Shown here: positions 35,720 to 48,989 of the stretch, in pieces | Numbering within the stretch: the first letter of the stretch is position 1 | Layout: every line of letters begins with the position of its first letter | Assembly (NCBI RefSeq): GCF_018350175.1 | Contig: NC_058368.1 | Span: forward strand, 9,610,001 to 9,674,000 | Source: Felis catus | Taxonomy: Eukaryota | DNA: 64,000 nucleotides | Reading direction: 5' to 3' | Position numbers and translations under genes: made by a program | The notes under the pieces: model-generated | The model's input: only the letters and a program-made list of their open reading frames with translations | The model's database searches: none | Told to the model about the DNA's origin: nothing

Positions 35720-36479
35720 AAATAGTTTCATTTTTTAACAGCTGCCTGATTTTCCACAAAACAGATCCTGCTCCATAATTTGTTTAATCAGTCCCCCAGT
35801 CAAACATTTAAATAATTTCCAGCCCTTCACTCTAATGAATATCTTTGCACACATGTCTTTGAACCCATGGGGACTGTATCTACAGGATACGGGATACAGG
35901 TTAAAAGTGGAATTGCGGGTCAGAGGCTTTGTGTATCTTAAATTTGGTTGGTATAGTCACAGAGAGGGTAGATCTGACCCCAAAATAATAAAGGATTTTA
36001 CCAACCAACACTGCCCGAAGTGCTGTGCATTACTCTATGAGGTTGTGAGTGTCTGAAAAAAAAACAAGAACAGGCTATGAACCAACTTGTCTAGAATGCC
36101 ATTGGATGTACTCAAGCGTTGTAAACTCTTTGACCGCAAAATTCCTTGCAACACTGATATGGTAGCTTCCTAGTAATAGGAATAGCCCAAGAGACTTGAT
36201 ATAGTTTTGTTGAAGATTGCTCAGTGGTAAAGCAAGATGTTGGCTCGATTTGCACTGGGAGGTCCATGAAGGATGCACGTTCATGTTAACTATGGCCAGA
36301 AAGGTCCTCGAATGAAGCAAGGCTCTAAATTAAGGCCTCCCTGTGGTATGTCTGTCCCACGTGGCCCCGGGCAAGTGGTTAGAAAGGATATTTGGAGGAG
36401 TTCCTGTCCTTTCCATCCATCATTACTCATGCCACACATCCAGAACTCCACATGTGGAAAAGTGCTCTGTGGCAGACGT

Positions 36480-36660
36480 GGCCAAACAGGAAGTGCTGTG
36501 TCATCGACAGCCATTAGGTCGGGGTCCTCAAAAGCAGGAACATAACACACTGGTGTGTTGGAATGCAACGTGAAGGGTGTATTTATTGCTCTTGCTAAAG
36601 AACCAAGGTTTCTCCGGGATGGAAAGTTCCCTACCTTACGTCAGCTCATTTCGGTTCCGG
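36480..36660. promoter_or_regulatory. Candidate immune-type enhancer (ETS, NF-kB, CRE/ATF, ETS-IRF composite)
   Basis: acaggaagtg 36486; ggaaagttccc 36621; ttacgtca 36636; tttcggttcc 36649. Confidence 0.35.
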
Positions 36661-37099
36661 GAGTTGGGTTTTTTTTTTTTGAAAGATCTTTCCTGAATAC
36701 CCAGAACTGAAATCTATTCCCATTATTGGTTTTAGTTTCTCCTCTCGGAGCCACCAAATACAAAATTTTTCTTCTTCTGCCTTCCAGGCCCTCAGATAGC
36801 CGAGATCAGCCAGTAGAGGCGCACTCCGTCGTCTCTTCTCTGGGTTCCTTCTCCTCGTCTTCCACCCATTTCTTATGTGTCATGTTTTCCTGTCTTAATT
36901 GCTCTTTTTGAACACCTCCCAAGTAGTCAAAGGCCCCTGACGGTGTGCTTCCCAGAACTGGGCCTGATCCTGGCCAGGGAAGAGCAAGATGGAATCATTT
37001 CCTTGTTTTTCTACACTCTTTTAACAGTGGAGCCTAAAATCAGCATGCCAGGGCTCTCTTGCTTTGGCCTGCCATGCCTTTCCACCTTTTGGGGTAAAA

Positions 37100-37470
37100 G
37101 TACCCTGGTTTCCCAGTAGGGAATTAACTCTTCCCCCATTCTGAGAAGTCCTGAGGGCCTGTCAGTCAAAGATTTTCCATGACCTCTCCTACGGGAAGGA
37201 TATTGGTGCATAAAACCCAATCTAGGCCATTCAAGCTGGCTCCTAGGGTTTGGAACCTTTGAGAAAATAACAGAAAACACTGGAGCTTAGAAGTTCTCAT
37301 GGAGGAACATAGAGTCTGCCATTTATTCCTGCTAACAGCCTTCCTTCTTCCCGAGGCCTGGCTCTTCAGTATCCAACAGCCAACACTTCCATCCCTTTCT
37401 AGCAAAAGTCCTTTTCCAATTAAGTTCATCAGAATCTCTTTCAAGTGCTTGCCACCAAAAAACTCTGACA
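37100..37470 (+). mobile_element. Old MaLR (MLT1K/L-like) LTR fragment
   Basis: ttaagttcatcagaatctctttcaagtgcttgccaccaaaaaactctgaca-type 3' end. Confidence 0.45.
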
Positions 37471-37539
37471 CCATCAGGTTACCTTGTTTGGCCACAGTCC
37501 CAGCAGGGGGCTCGTTGTGGGCCAGACTCCTAAATCTGT

Positions 37540-38135
37540 TTCATGGCCTGTTTCTGCTCATGACACTCTGGCACCAAATGAGTGTGGGTTTTTCCCCCCA
37601 CCGAACAGTTCCCCAGCTCTCTGGACACCAGCTAGGTGTTCTACAATTTAATTCCAACACTCTGTCTCCAGAGTTAGTACAGACCCCACAACTGAAGGGT
37701 TCAGTCCCATAAGCTGCCCCAGTGGAGTTCAGAGAGCTTCCCCACCCTCTCTGGGTGCACCCCCTGCCCTCACCTTGCTGTGTTCACCAGCCTGGAAGCT
37801 CTCTGAACTCCACTGTTTATGGAGGTTCACGGAGGCCACGTTACAGAAGTGCGGTTGATTAAATCACTGGCCGTTGGTGATTACTTCCGTCTCCAGCCCC
37901 CTCGCTCCAATCATCTCATCACAGAGTTGGTTCCTCTGACACCCAGCTCCCATCCTGAAGGGATGACGTCACTTCCTGAGCATAAACTCAGGTGTGGTTG
38001 AGAGGGACTTGTTGTGACTAACAAAACAAGCTCGGCTCACTCCTATCATTTGGGAAATTTAGGCAAAGGGGTTTAGACGATCTTGTGCCAAGAACCAGGC
38101 AAGAAGACGAAATGCATATTTCTCATCAGATCACA
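37540..38135 (-). mobile_element. MER21-like ERVL LTR
   Basis: ggacaccagctaggtgttctacaatt; ggttcagtcccataagctgccc; gattaaatcactggccgttggtgatt. Confidence 0.8.
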
Positions 38136-39848
38136 CTATGACATTAGTGCTGCCAGTTCTGTCCTTGGAAAGTTGCTTTGGGACCAAAACACAGCCTTTG
38201 AGGAGCCTATGATCTCTCTTCTTTGTCCCTTTCTATCGGAAGATAACTGACCGCCCGTCGATTTGGTTATCCTGCCGTGAAGGTCCATCGCAGTCTTTGG
38301 CAAAAATGTTGAGCCAGCTAATTACAGCCCCTGTGTTTTGGCTCCTTACTCTGTGCCACCTCTCCAGGCAAGAAACTGGGCATTCACGGAGGTTTCCCGG
38401 ATGGCCAGTAAGTCATGGACCTGAGCTTCAAACCCAAATCTGTCACGCCCAAATCTCCCTCTGCAGCCGGGGAGAAATTAGAGATTCCATCATGATTCAC
38501 AGCCCACTGGTGATCTGGGGGAGGGTAAGGCATGTGTCCAACTGTTCCTGAAGACCTCAGAGAAGCGGGGTTAAGAAGCACTTGGAGCCAGCACCGGGCT
38601 GCAGGAGGTCCCGGACTCCACGTGCTATCGAACAGAGTGACACAGCTAGAGACCGTATCACCGAGGGTCCAGGTGGAGGTCTGAGGTGGCCGATTACCCG
38701 TGAGACAAAGATCCGGGTGGGGAAGGGTGCTCCCAGCCAGGCTTGCTTCAGCTGGGATCAACACAGTGATGTCCCCCACATGCAAGTGCCTGTGCCAGAC
38801 GTCACCCTCCTTCTGATTCAGAGGTTGCAGGAAGGACACCCCCGCTTTCTCACTGTGTCTCCTCACCCCAGCTCCCCACCTCGCTCCAACAGAGACCGCG
38901 CTTCGGGAAGGAATTAACAGCATAAGGAATCCGACATGCCCAGAGAAAAGACAAACACTGTGGGAAAATGGAAGTTATATTAAAATAAATTGAGACATGG
39001 CTCTTAACTGGAGCTTTTGCTGTCACCCAGATTTGGTGGTTTGAAGAGCCTAATTTTATAACCTCGGTCATGGGGAGAGCCTCGACTGATTCCTATCACT
39101 TTAAACAGCCTTTTATAGCCTCGGCGTCTAGGGTACATTTCCTCTGCTTTTTGAACATATCACATTTCTTGGCAAAACCATCTAGCAGAAAGCACCAAAA
39201 TTTTTATAATGAGGATAAAATCAAAATTTCACACATCAGATTTGTCTTGTAGATTATTTCTTCCTGCTACATCGTTCCCTGTTTTAGCTTTATTTTAGTG
39301 GCCAACAATTTTAAATTTGAATTCAGCGTTGTTCAATCATCTTATAGGTTTTTGCTGCCAAAGGACAGTTGCTCTTTGCTCTGACTTCAAAGTTGCTAAA
39401 TTCAAAGACTTTGCCAGTGTAATCACTCAGGAGCTCGGCTGCATTCGGCCAGTTGTTACCTCCCACTCGAGCTCCAGGGGGGTGAACTCCGCCACGGCCT
39501 CCCCGCTCTTCCGGTCTTAGTTTAACTTGGCTTCTCGCTAAGATTTTTTTTTTTCTTCTATTTTAAAATGTGTGCTGTGCTCTTGATTCCAATGTAAAGG
39601 TTGTTCGCGATTGCCTCTAGGCGTAAAGATCAAGTTCAAACCCAAAAGACCGCAAGACGCACTGCAGGACCCACAGAAGGACTCTCGCTTAACTACCGAG
39701 CGGGGCCAGGAGGCCAAAGTGGCCCTGGCCACTTCAGCTGAGTCACCGTGGTCCCCCAACCTTCTGCTTTTTCCTCTGAAAATGCTTTCCCGTCTCTGCT
39801 CGGTGACTAACTCCATCACGAATGTGACCCAGTTTGTTTGGCAAGATG

Positions 39849-39885
<37 letters not shown>

Positions 39886-41126
39886 CACGTTGCTTTTCCT
39901 GGTCACGACTCTCTCACAGGCATTAAGCGGCTCCCTCTCGGCACCCGGCTGGCCCTGCTGCCCGGCTGGATTGATGGCTTGCTCCCCAGCTGTTCCCTTT
40001 CCGGCCCGCCCTCCCCTCTCCAGCAAATCCATATTCCATTTGCTTTTCTGCAGCATTTTGATACCTCCAGAGTCTCCTTAAAATAGACAAACACTAATCT
40101 CCAAGGGAAAGTTGCAGGGCAGAGCCCACAGATTTGTACCAACTCAATCTGCTCTAGAAGGCAGCTAGATGAAGAGCAGAACCATGGTAGCCACCGTGCA
40201 CAGGGCTTTGAATCGTGTACAAAGCACGTTGGACTCACGTGGTCCCATTTAATAATACGTGTGATCACCCACGGCCCGGGTAGAAGTCGTCCTTCCATTT
40301 TTCAGACAGGAAACGAAGGCTCATAGAGACGAAGGAGTTGTCTGGACAGTAGGAGAGACAATTGCTATACAATTTGCATTCGATAAAATGCCCGGATCAT
40401 CGGCGTCTTTGCTGGATTTGGGCCGATGGATATGCTTATGTAACTACCTCCCGCAAAGGGTATAGAACATTTCTAACCCCTAGAAAATCCCCTCCGGCCC
40501 TTTCCCAGAAGCACTCAACCCTCAACCCTCGACCACTATCTGATTTCTACCCCAGCGATTAGTTTGCGTCGAACCTCAGTCTTCTGACTCCGAACTCCAC
40601 GTCCCCTCTTGTCCCGTGACACCATGTTGTATCTTTGAAATTAATCGAATGGCCACCACAGGCGGTACCTCGCCGGACTCCACAGACACAGGACTTGGGG
40701 AAGATGGGCCATAGTCTTTCGGCTGAAAAAGCTGGTCGACTGGTAGGGTGGATCTTGAGGCTTGCAGCTTCTGGAGTACGGAGATGGATCCCCAAACAAC
40801 ATACAGGCCTCGCCCTCGGGCCTCAACGGCACTCCTGGTACCCAGGATTACTGAAGGAAGATTGTTATAAGGTTTAAAAGAGAGGGATAGAAATCCAGCT
40901 TTGCGATAAACACACCAGAGTCCAGCCCGCACCTCTGCGACCTCCCCCTAACCCTGAACTCCACTGCTCTATCTGCGGCCACCAGCTGCCGGCAACACCC
41001 TGACTTCTCATACCGGACTCTTCCATACCCATCACACACGTGTAATCTGTAAACTGGAAGTTTTGGAACTGGGGGCCTCCACTGTAGGGGGCAAAAAAAA
41101 ACAAACGCAAAGAAATACTGAAAGGC

Positions 41127-41337
41127 GGGGCGCCTGCGTGGCTCAGTCGGTTAAGCGTCCGACTTCGGCTCAGGTCGCGATCTCACTCACAGGTCGTGGG
41201 TTCAAGCCCCGCGTTCAAGCCTCGGAGGCTGGAGCCTGCTTGGGATTCTGTGTCTCCCCCTCTCTCTGCCCCTCCCCTGCTTGCACCCTGTCTCTGTCTC
41301 TCTCTCTCTCTCTCAAAAATAATAAAAAATAATAAAA
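41127..41337 (+). mobile_element. CAN-SINE (internal deletion)
   Basis: Head, linker and tail present. Confidence 0.93.
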
Positions 41338-42794
41338 GGTAATTCTATTGCTTCCAAGAATGTACGGCAAATGGCACGAATTGCTGAGTCATGTTAAGGC
41401 AGCATTCCCATCAGGCGGTCATTCATGAAGGGATCCGTAATACAATTAACCTTATCTGCTTACTTGCCCTCAGTTTTGGGCTAAACTCTTTGTTCACTCT
41501 AGCCGGTCAACTGGTTCCTCTTGGATCTTGTTTGTACACGGCGGCATGCTGGTAAATGTTTAACAGCTAATTCTCCGGGGGGGGGGGGGGGGGAGGAAAG
41601 GCCACGATTTGATCTGGACAGTGAGTGATTGTGCGTGGCCTTGGCCCCCGTGCCTGCTCTCTTAAGCGCTCCCAGAGTGGTGTTCTCTCTTCAAAAAATG
41701 GATCGTACAGTCGAGAGTTGGCAAGGTGTTCCTTTCTCTGCTGGAGTGGAATCCCCAAATAAACCTGTAAAGTCACTTTGAAGTGCAGAATACACAGAAA
41801 CTAGCCCGCGATGAATTCTTCCATATCCCCGCTCCAGGGAATCTGAAAGGCCGGCCTCCACCTTCCTTTCCTTGCTTCGGTGAACGGCACGCCTTTAAAA
41901 GGTTTTAGACTATCTCTAAACATCCAGCTTTCTTTTTTTGCTTTGTTTCGTTTCTCTCTTTAGAAGACGAACGGCAGAAAAGCCCAAGCATGCAATCATT
42001 TCCTGCTCCCGGATGAGCATCTACAGCCACGCGCGGAGGAAGAGGATGTCAGAAGAGGCTGCGGCCTAAGCGGGCGCCAGGAGCTCCTTCTAGGGGTAAT
42101 ACATGCTGGGAGGTCCACCACTCGGCCATCCTACTCCTCACCTATACAGCCACAACGGGAGGCGAACAGATTTACGGGGATTTGCTGCTTTATAAAAGGA
42201 GTTGTGTGGCGCGAGGATTGCTTTTCTTTTTCACGTTGGGTCCGCCTTGCCGCTGGGCTCCTTGCTCTGCGGGCATTTACTGTTCCACGCTGTTCTCTTT
42301 AACCACGTTAATTAGCGCTCACACATCATGCGTGCTTTGCTCCTCCGTCCGCCGGAACTTGACCTCATTCTGCGCGACCTTTCCCAATTTCTTCTCCATT
42401 TCCTGTCCCAACTTGCCCTTGCTCTCTGCTTTCTGCTCTGGGTTTTGTTTTCTGCTGTGCACATTTCTTTTGCAGGAAGGATTGGCATTACGTTTTCCCA
42501 GCCTTCTGATGACTTTAGACATTTCAAATAATTATCCGAGCTTCCTGTCTGTCTTGGTCAGCCCAGTCTCTTTCATGTCCCACGTTCATTAGATTCCTCT
42601 TGCCGGCACTTTGCTGACTGGTATGCAGAGATTCAAAGACATCCAAGAAGGGGTCCCAGCCCTCGGTGACTCTGTAATCTAGGAGAGGGGATAATAATAT
42701 CTAAGCTGCATTGACGGCTTTCTGTCAGGCAGTTTCCTTCCATTACCTTAGGCCTCGTAATAATCCTTGAAATAGACACTAATGTGACACTCAA

Positions 42795-42915
42795 TTTACA
42801 TATGTGATAACTGAGGCTCAGAGAGGTTAAGTAACTTGCCAAGGCCACAACAGCTGGTAAAATGGTGAAGGTAATTGTGATTTAAGGTTCTAGCCCAAAT
42901 GATTCCCAAACCTGA
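42795..42915 (-). mobile_element. MIR
   Basis: actgaggctcagagaggttaagtaacttgccaaggccacaacagct. Confidence 0.85.
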
Positions 42916-42960
42916 GCCCCTTACCAGATAGTGACAAGTAAGTACCCATATAAAAATAAG

Positions 42961-43096
42961 GTGGGCGCCTGGGTGGCTCAGTCGGTCAAGCCCCGGTTCG
43001 GCTCAGGTCATGATCTCACGGTTCATAGGTTCGAGCCCCGCGTCGGGCTCTATGCTGACAGCTCGGAGCCTGGAGCCTGCTTTGGATTCTGTGTCT

Positions 43097-43137
<41 letters not shown>

Positions 43138-43200
43138 CCCCTCCACCTCCCCCTGCCTCAAAAATAAAATAAAACATTAAAAAAAACAATTTAAAAAAAT
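42961..43200 (+). mobile_element. CAN-SINE
   Basis: Head, (CT)n, tail. Confidence 0.93.
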
Positions 43201-44604
43201 ACATAAGGGAAAAAGGGCTGATGGCAAAAATGAAGCAGAATTTATGGGTTGGGTGATTTTAGAAGTTGGAGATGGGGACCAAAGCTGCTTCAGGAAAGCC
43301 TTTTCTTTGTGAAGTAGTGAGCTCCCCGGCCCTGAAGGTACCCAAGCAGAAATCAGAGCTACCTTCAGTGCTGTGGGCTAGTGCCTGCATCTGGGTGAGG
43401 CCTCTCTCTGGGAGACCTTCATCTCTTGGTATGATGATTTCAGCGAATGGCCTGTGAGCTGAGCCTAGAAAGCAAGGATCGAGGGGAGAAGGGCAGAAAG
43501 AACCCAGGGGCCGAGTCCCTGGAGCTAGAACACACACAGGGGCTGCTTTTCATTTTGAGTCTGGTTCTCCCATGCCGTAAAGCTCACCCGTCACTTGGGC
43601 AAGAATATATGTATCGACACAGTTGCTGTTCGACAGCGAAGAAAGAAGTGTCATCATTTAAGTCAGTGGTTCCCGAGGACTGACTCCATAAGCTGGGCTC
43701 CGGGGTTCTACAAGTAAAACCTGTCGATGGCAGTTAGTATCAATTTTCAGGGGTGATGGAGTTGTACTACTGTCCCAAGGCCCCACAGCCTTAGCGTACT
43801 CGACTGAAATTGGTCTCCTACATTTTTTTCTGAAGACTTTGGCAACTGCTAACATTCGTCTGCCAGGGAAGACTTCTACGATAAAACAAATAAATGAGCA
43901 CAGCTAACAAAAATTAGCTGAAAAACGCAGAAATCACCAATTAGGCTCGGTGTGACAGCTTGATTTTTTTTTCTTTTCATGGACAGTTGGTGGTAATTTT
44001 AGATTGCATACATATATTATAGAGTCAAACTTTCTGCCCATAAAATTGTCTTAAGTTATTTAATAGAAATAAATAGGTCACTATTTCATGGTATTCTGCA
44101 AAGAGCATTGTGGATTCCGGTGCTCCCCTGGCCTTCCTGACAATCCCGGGTGACTGGGTGACGATTCTATAATGACTGCAGCGGGAGTAAAAGTGTAGAA
44201 ATTCTAAGTGGTGGGATTGTACCGCTGTTAGGCTGGAGGACATTTTGAAGTGCTGGGAGGAAAACAGTTCAACTTAAGGGCTATGAAGTATAAGAAGGGT
44301 CCCAAGACTTCTCCCCAGTTAGCCCCGGGTCGCCCATAGCAGGGGATCTCCACCCACCCGGGGGGAAATCACCCCCAGGAGCTTTTTCAAACCGGCCCCT
44401 CACCACCCCCTCCCCAGAGGACAGCTCCCAGGCCTGTCACAAGCCTATGACCGTGAGAATCTGCAGGGAAGAGGGGGGCTTTGCACAAGTTGAAGAGGCC
44501 TGGGAGGTGATTTCCTCCCCTTCACCTGCCGAAGAACCTCTGCCGAGGCCCCACCGACCAGACCATTTCACGGTGTTTCACCCGTAGTTTCAATGTTCCC
44601 ATTT

Positions 44605-44814
44605 AAAAAAAAAATCGTTTTAACGTTTATTTATTTTTGAGACAGAGCATGAACGGGGGAGGGGCAGAGAGAGAGGGAGACACAGAATCGGAAGCAGGCT
44701 CCAGGCTCTGAGCCGTCAGCCCAGAGCCCGACGCGGGGCTCGAACTCACGGACCTCGAGATGGTGACCTGAGTTGAAGTCGGCCGCTTAACCGACTGAGC
44801 CACCCAGGCGCCCC
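44605..44814 (-). mobile_element. Young CAN-SINE
   Basis: TSD caatgttcccattt. Confidence 0.96.
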
Positions 44815-45176
44815 GCAATGTTCCCATTTTAAAGAGCCCACTTAGCCAGCAGGGGACTGTGACTCACATCCCCTCCCGAAGCCTACCCTTCTCCCGGGTC
44901 CTGCACCAGAACCAGCCCTGGGACACAACGTCCCAAGCCCTGAAACAGGCCTAGCATCCCCAGTTCTCCCGTAAAGCCAGCCGAGGCTGCAGCATCTCTG
45001 CCCACCGGAGTTTGCTCTATTCCGGAGCCCTTGAACCTCAGAGCAACGGATGCCCTAAGCCGGCGCCCCTGCAGGGCTCCGGCCGCCAGCAGCGCCACAG
45101 TCCTTACTCAGAGCACCGGTCAGCTCCCAGCTGAGCCCACCTCTCCTCCAAGATTTCAACAATCCACCAGATGCTC

Positions 45177-45405
45177 GGGGCGCCTGGGTGGCTCCGTCGC
45201 TTAAGTGCCGACTTCGGCTCAGGTCACGATCCCACGGTTAGTGGGTTCAAGCCCCGCGTCGGGCTCTGTGCTGATGGCTCTGAGCCTGGAGCCTGCTTCG
45301 GAGTCTGTGTCTCCCTCTCTTTCTCTGCTCCTTCCCTACTCGTGCTCTGTCTCTCTTTGTCTCTCAAAAATAAATAAACGTTAAAAAACAATTAAAAAGA
45401 AAAAA
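45177..45405 (+). mobile_element. CAN-SINE
   Basis: Head, linker and tail present. Confidence 0.93.
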
Positions 45406-45451
45406 AGAGTCAGACGCTTAACCTTAACCGACTAAGCCACCCAGGCACCCC
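45405..45451 (-). mobile_element. CAN-SINE 5' fragment
   Basis: aagagtcagacgcttaacc...gccacccaggcacccc. Confidence 0.85.
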
Positions 45452-45459
45452 TGGACCCT

Positions 45460-46270
45460 CTATTTAAATATCCATCAGGCACCTCCGACTCAATGTGTTC
45501 AAGACTGACCTCATCATCTCCTGCTCTAGCCCACCTCTTCTCCTATCGTTTCAAACTCAGTGGTTGTACCACCACCTTCCCAGCCACCCAAGCTAGACCT
45601 GGGAGTCGACACTGAATTCTTTCTCCTCCAACCCTCCACCCGTAACCAATCAAACATCAAGTCCTGCTCAGTTTATTTACCTGGCCTTCCTATGATCACA
45701 GTCGTGGCTCCAGCCCTTATCATCTCGTCTGGATGCACTGCAACAGACCTCTCTGGCTCAGCCTCGTCTCTCACGAATTCCACCCTCCTCACTGCTGTCA
45801 GAGGGATCCATTTACAGAGCAACTCCTGTATCTGACGACACCATCGTTGCTGGAGAGTCAACGAAGCCCGAGATCCTTCCTTTGGTACACATGGCCCTAT
45901 CTCCCCATCTTTTTCCCCAACCTTGCTTTACCTAAGACGAAGCCCCATCAAGACAAAACCGCTCAACTCTCGCCTCCCTGTTACCTACACCTGCCTACAC
46001 CTGGAATTATGCTTCCACTGCCTTCTGCCTTGGAGGCGGACATTTGGCAGATATTACCAGCCACCTCTGACCCCACCGCTTCCTTCCCAGGGTTAGATGT
46101 CTTTCTCGAAGGTTCCGTGATCCCCCATGCTTACCTCTGGATTACCCCTATTGATTTATACTTTCTGTTTATGGGTCTGTCTCTTCCCACGAACGTTTGC
46201 TGCTTGAGGGCAAAGGCTGTGTCTTCTACTGTCTCTGAGTGGCCAGACCCTACAATAGCGATTGGCCAGT
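45460..46270 (+). mobile_element. L2 fragments
   Basis: caggcacctccgactcaatgtgttcaagactgacctcatcatc; atcatctcgtctggatgcactgcaacagacctc. Confidence 0.7.
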
Positions 46271-46688
46271 CATGGAGCAGAATTACACACCGGGTAAAAC
46301 TCTAAAGCAAGCGTCAGCACAGGACGCTTGGCATCGCTAGCCTTCTGGGAGGAAATGCCAGAGTCCCGGCTACCCCAAACCTGTGCATGCCGTCTCATCC
46401 TATAGGCATCTCTACTATAAAGTTCTCCGTCACCTCCCTAGACACATGCACACAGGTCAAGTGTCTCCTCCCCGACACAGCTCTGCTCCCACGTAACCCC
46501 CATCAAGATCACCCCGTGGCCTCCAGTGTCCCACCACTGGCGTGGTCCTATTGGGCAGCAACACGGTGGCATCTCACCAACCCCCCACTGACGCTGGCTT
46601 GACACCTGGCCACACCTCTGGTTTCTCCACCTTCCTGAGGCCACAGAGAAGGGACTTACCCTTTGAGAAATAAACAGTACTGCTAGAC

Positions 46689-46897
46689 CTTTTTTTTTTT
46701 TTAAGTTTATTTATTTATTTTGAGAGAGACAGAGCAGAGAGGGGCAGAGAAAGAGGGAAAGAGAGAATCCCAAGCAGGCTCCACGCTGCCAGCATAGAGC
46801 CCGATGCGGGGCTCCAACCCACGAAACCGCGAGATCATGACCTAAGGCGAAACCAGGAGTCAGAGGCTTAACAGACTGAGCCACCCAGGCGTCCCCC
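46689..46897 (-). mobile_element. CAN-SINE
   Basis: Reverse tail, linker and head. Confidence 0.93.
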
Positions 46898-48211
46898 CCT
46901 CCCCGGCACCCACCTCCTCAACCGCGAAGGCTGTGTGTGCACTGCCTGAACCCCCTCAGCTGCGGAGCCAGCTCTCCATTCCCAAGGGTTACACTGAACA
47001 AGATATTCTGCATCCTTGTGTAGATAATGCTTATCTTTTTAGTAGGAAGCATGCCCTAAGCTGATTCAAAAAAGGTAGGAAATGTCTCATACCAAAATGC
47101 AGTCCTTTTTATGAAAACAAAACAAAACAAAACAAAAGCAAACAAACATCCCTGCCAACTAACACCTGAGCAAGCCAGTCCCTGAACAGGAAACTGATAC
47201 GGTGGCTCCGGGTTCCAAGTTTTGACTGGGTGTTTTCAACGGGCACCTCCACTCCGCCCTGGGAGTATCGGAGAGCTGTGCGCTCAAGGACGGTGGCTGC
47301 AGATGGGGCACGGGTATCTCCAGCTGCCAAAGGTCGCCTGGCAGGAAGCACGTTGGTGCCCCGGCGGTTTCTGGGGCCACGTGATCTAACTGCCAGGTTA
47401 GACTTCTGCAATTATAGCCCCCAGGGACCCGCCTGAAACAGACATTGGTTGCTATAACTGAGAAAGGCTGAAGCTACAGCTCTTCGGCTAGGAGGGAAAA
47501 CTTGGGAAGGAAAAGCTTACTTTAGCTCAGGTTTTGTGGTGACAAACAGCACGATAAGCAAGACTATCGCAGCCGGATGATTAACGAGGCACAGGAACCT
47601 TTGCATTGGGCTTTGAAAGATTATAAACACACGGGGCACGACAAGCGCAGCCAGTCAGCTACAAATTGTGACTCGTCTTTCAGTTGCTGTCCCTTTGCGC
47701 CTCCTGTTTTGGACGAGGCGAGCAAGCGGCTCTCGATCCGCCAGCCGTGGGGCTCCAAGCAGATGCCACAGGGCCCTGAGACACACGTTTGACCCCGCTG
47801 CTCTGCGTGGCTGCAGGTTAACGAGACGCGCGGTCAGGATTCGAACGTTCCTTCCCCTCTTTGGGGTGGATCGAAGGCTCCGTTCTGACTGTTCGCTGTT
47901 CAGGGATAGTTCCTTCATTAACACCTCTTAGATCCCATTTCGGCACGTCCCTCCAGTCACAGAGATACATAGCTATGCAGGCCATTACTTCTAAAATGCA
48001 GTGGATGGATTTGTGCTTGGGGAGGCTTAATGATACACTCCAGACTCCCCGCATTAGAAGTTGTTTGCTTCCGGAAAGAGAACATTATACCAGAAAGATA
48101 TGTTTGAAGAAAATAACTCCATGGCAGCAATCCAGTGTGCTGCTGCGTTTGTAGGATAATCATGACACCTGCTAACGGAGGCTTCTTTGCGATTTCGGTC
48201 TTTGGTGTGAA

Positions 48212-48213
<2 letters not shown>

Positions 48214-48252
<39 letters not shown>
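48214..48252. repeat. (CA)n microsatellite
   Basis: Direct reading. Confidence 0.97.
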
Positions 48253-48253
<1 letters not shown>

Positions 48254-48390
48254 CAACGGTAAGCATATATACTCCGCAGCTTAAAATCTCAATACTCAAT
48301 AAACCAAAAGATGCTTGAGCCGTCTAAGACTCGGCTAGAGTTCACTTCTTCCAACATGAATTCTTTTACCTTTTAAAATTCACCAGGGGC

Positions 48391-48598
48391 GGGGCGCCTG
48401 GGTGGCGCAGTCGGTTAAGCGTCCGACTTCGGCTCAGGTCACGATCTCACGGTCCGTGAGTTCGAGCCCTGCGTCAGGCTCTGGGCTGATGGCTCAGAGC
48501 CTGGAGCCTGTTTCCGATTCTGTGTCTCCCTCTCTCTCTGCCCCTCCCCTGTTCATGCTCTGTCTCTCTCTGTCCCAAAAATAAATAAAATAAACGTT
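48391..48598 (+). mobile_element. Young CAN-SINE
   Basis: TSD aaaattcaccaggggc at 48375-48390 and 48599-48614. Confidence 0.96.
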
Positions 48599-48609
48599 AA
48601 AATTCACCA

Positions 48610-48837
48610 GGGGCGCCTGGGTGGCTCAGTCGGCTAAGAGTCCGACTCTTAGTTTCGGCTCAGGTCACGATCTCACCGTGTGTGAGTTCGAGCCCCGCAT
48701 CGGGCTCCGTGCTGACAGCACAGAGCCTGCTTGAGATTCTCTCTCTCTCCCTCTCGCTCTCTGCCCCTCCCCCACTCACTCTCCCTGTCTCCCTCCCAAA
48801 AATAAATAAAGAAAACTTTAAAAAATAATAATAAAAT
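48610..48837 (+). mobile_element. Older CAN-SINE
   Basis: TSD aaaattcacca (3' copy 48838-48848). Confidence 0.95.
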
Positions 48838-48989
48838 AAAATTCACCAAAGTAGATTTTTAGTTTACCTGGGGTCTTTGTAACTAAACTTTACATTCATC
48901 TTCATTAGGGAAAAAAAAATTTTTTTCTCTCAAACTGAGAAAACACCTTCCTTTCAAGTTCACCCAACTCTCAGAAAAATTTAATTTGA

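Noticed and set aside
42312..42527. Minus-strand ORF ...GQEMEKKLGKVAQNEVKFRRTEEQ resembling a coiled coil
   Set aside because: Explained by purine skew; no convincing acceptor and no recognised homology
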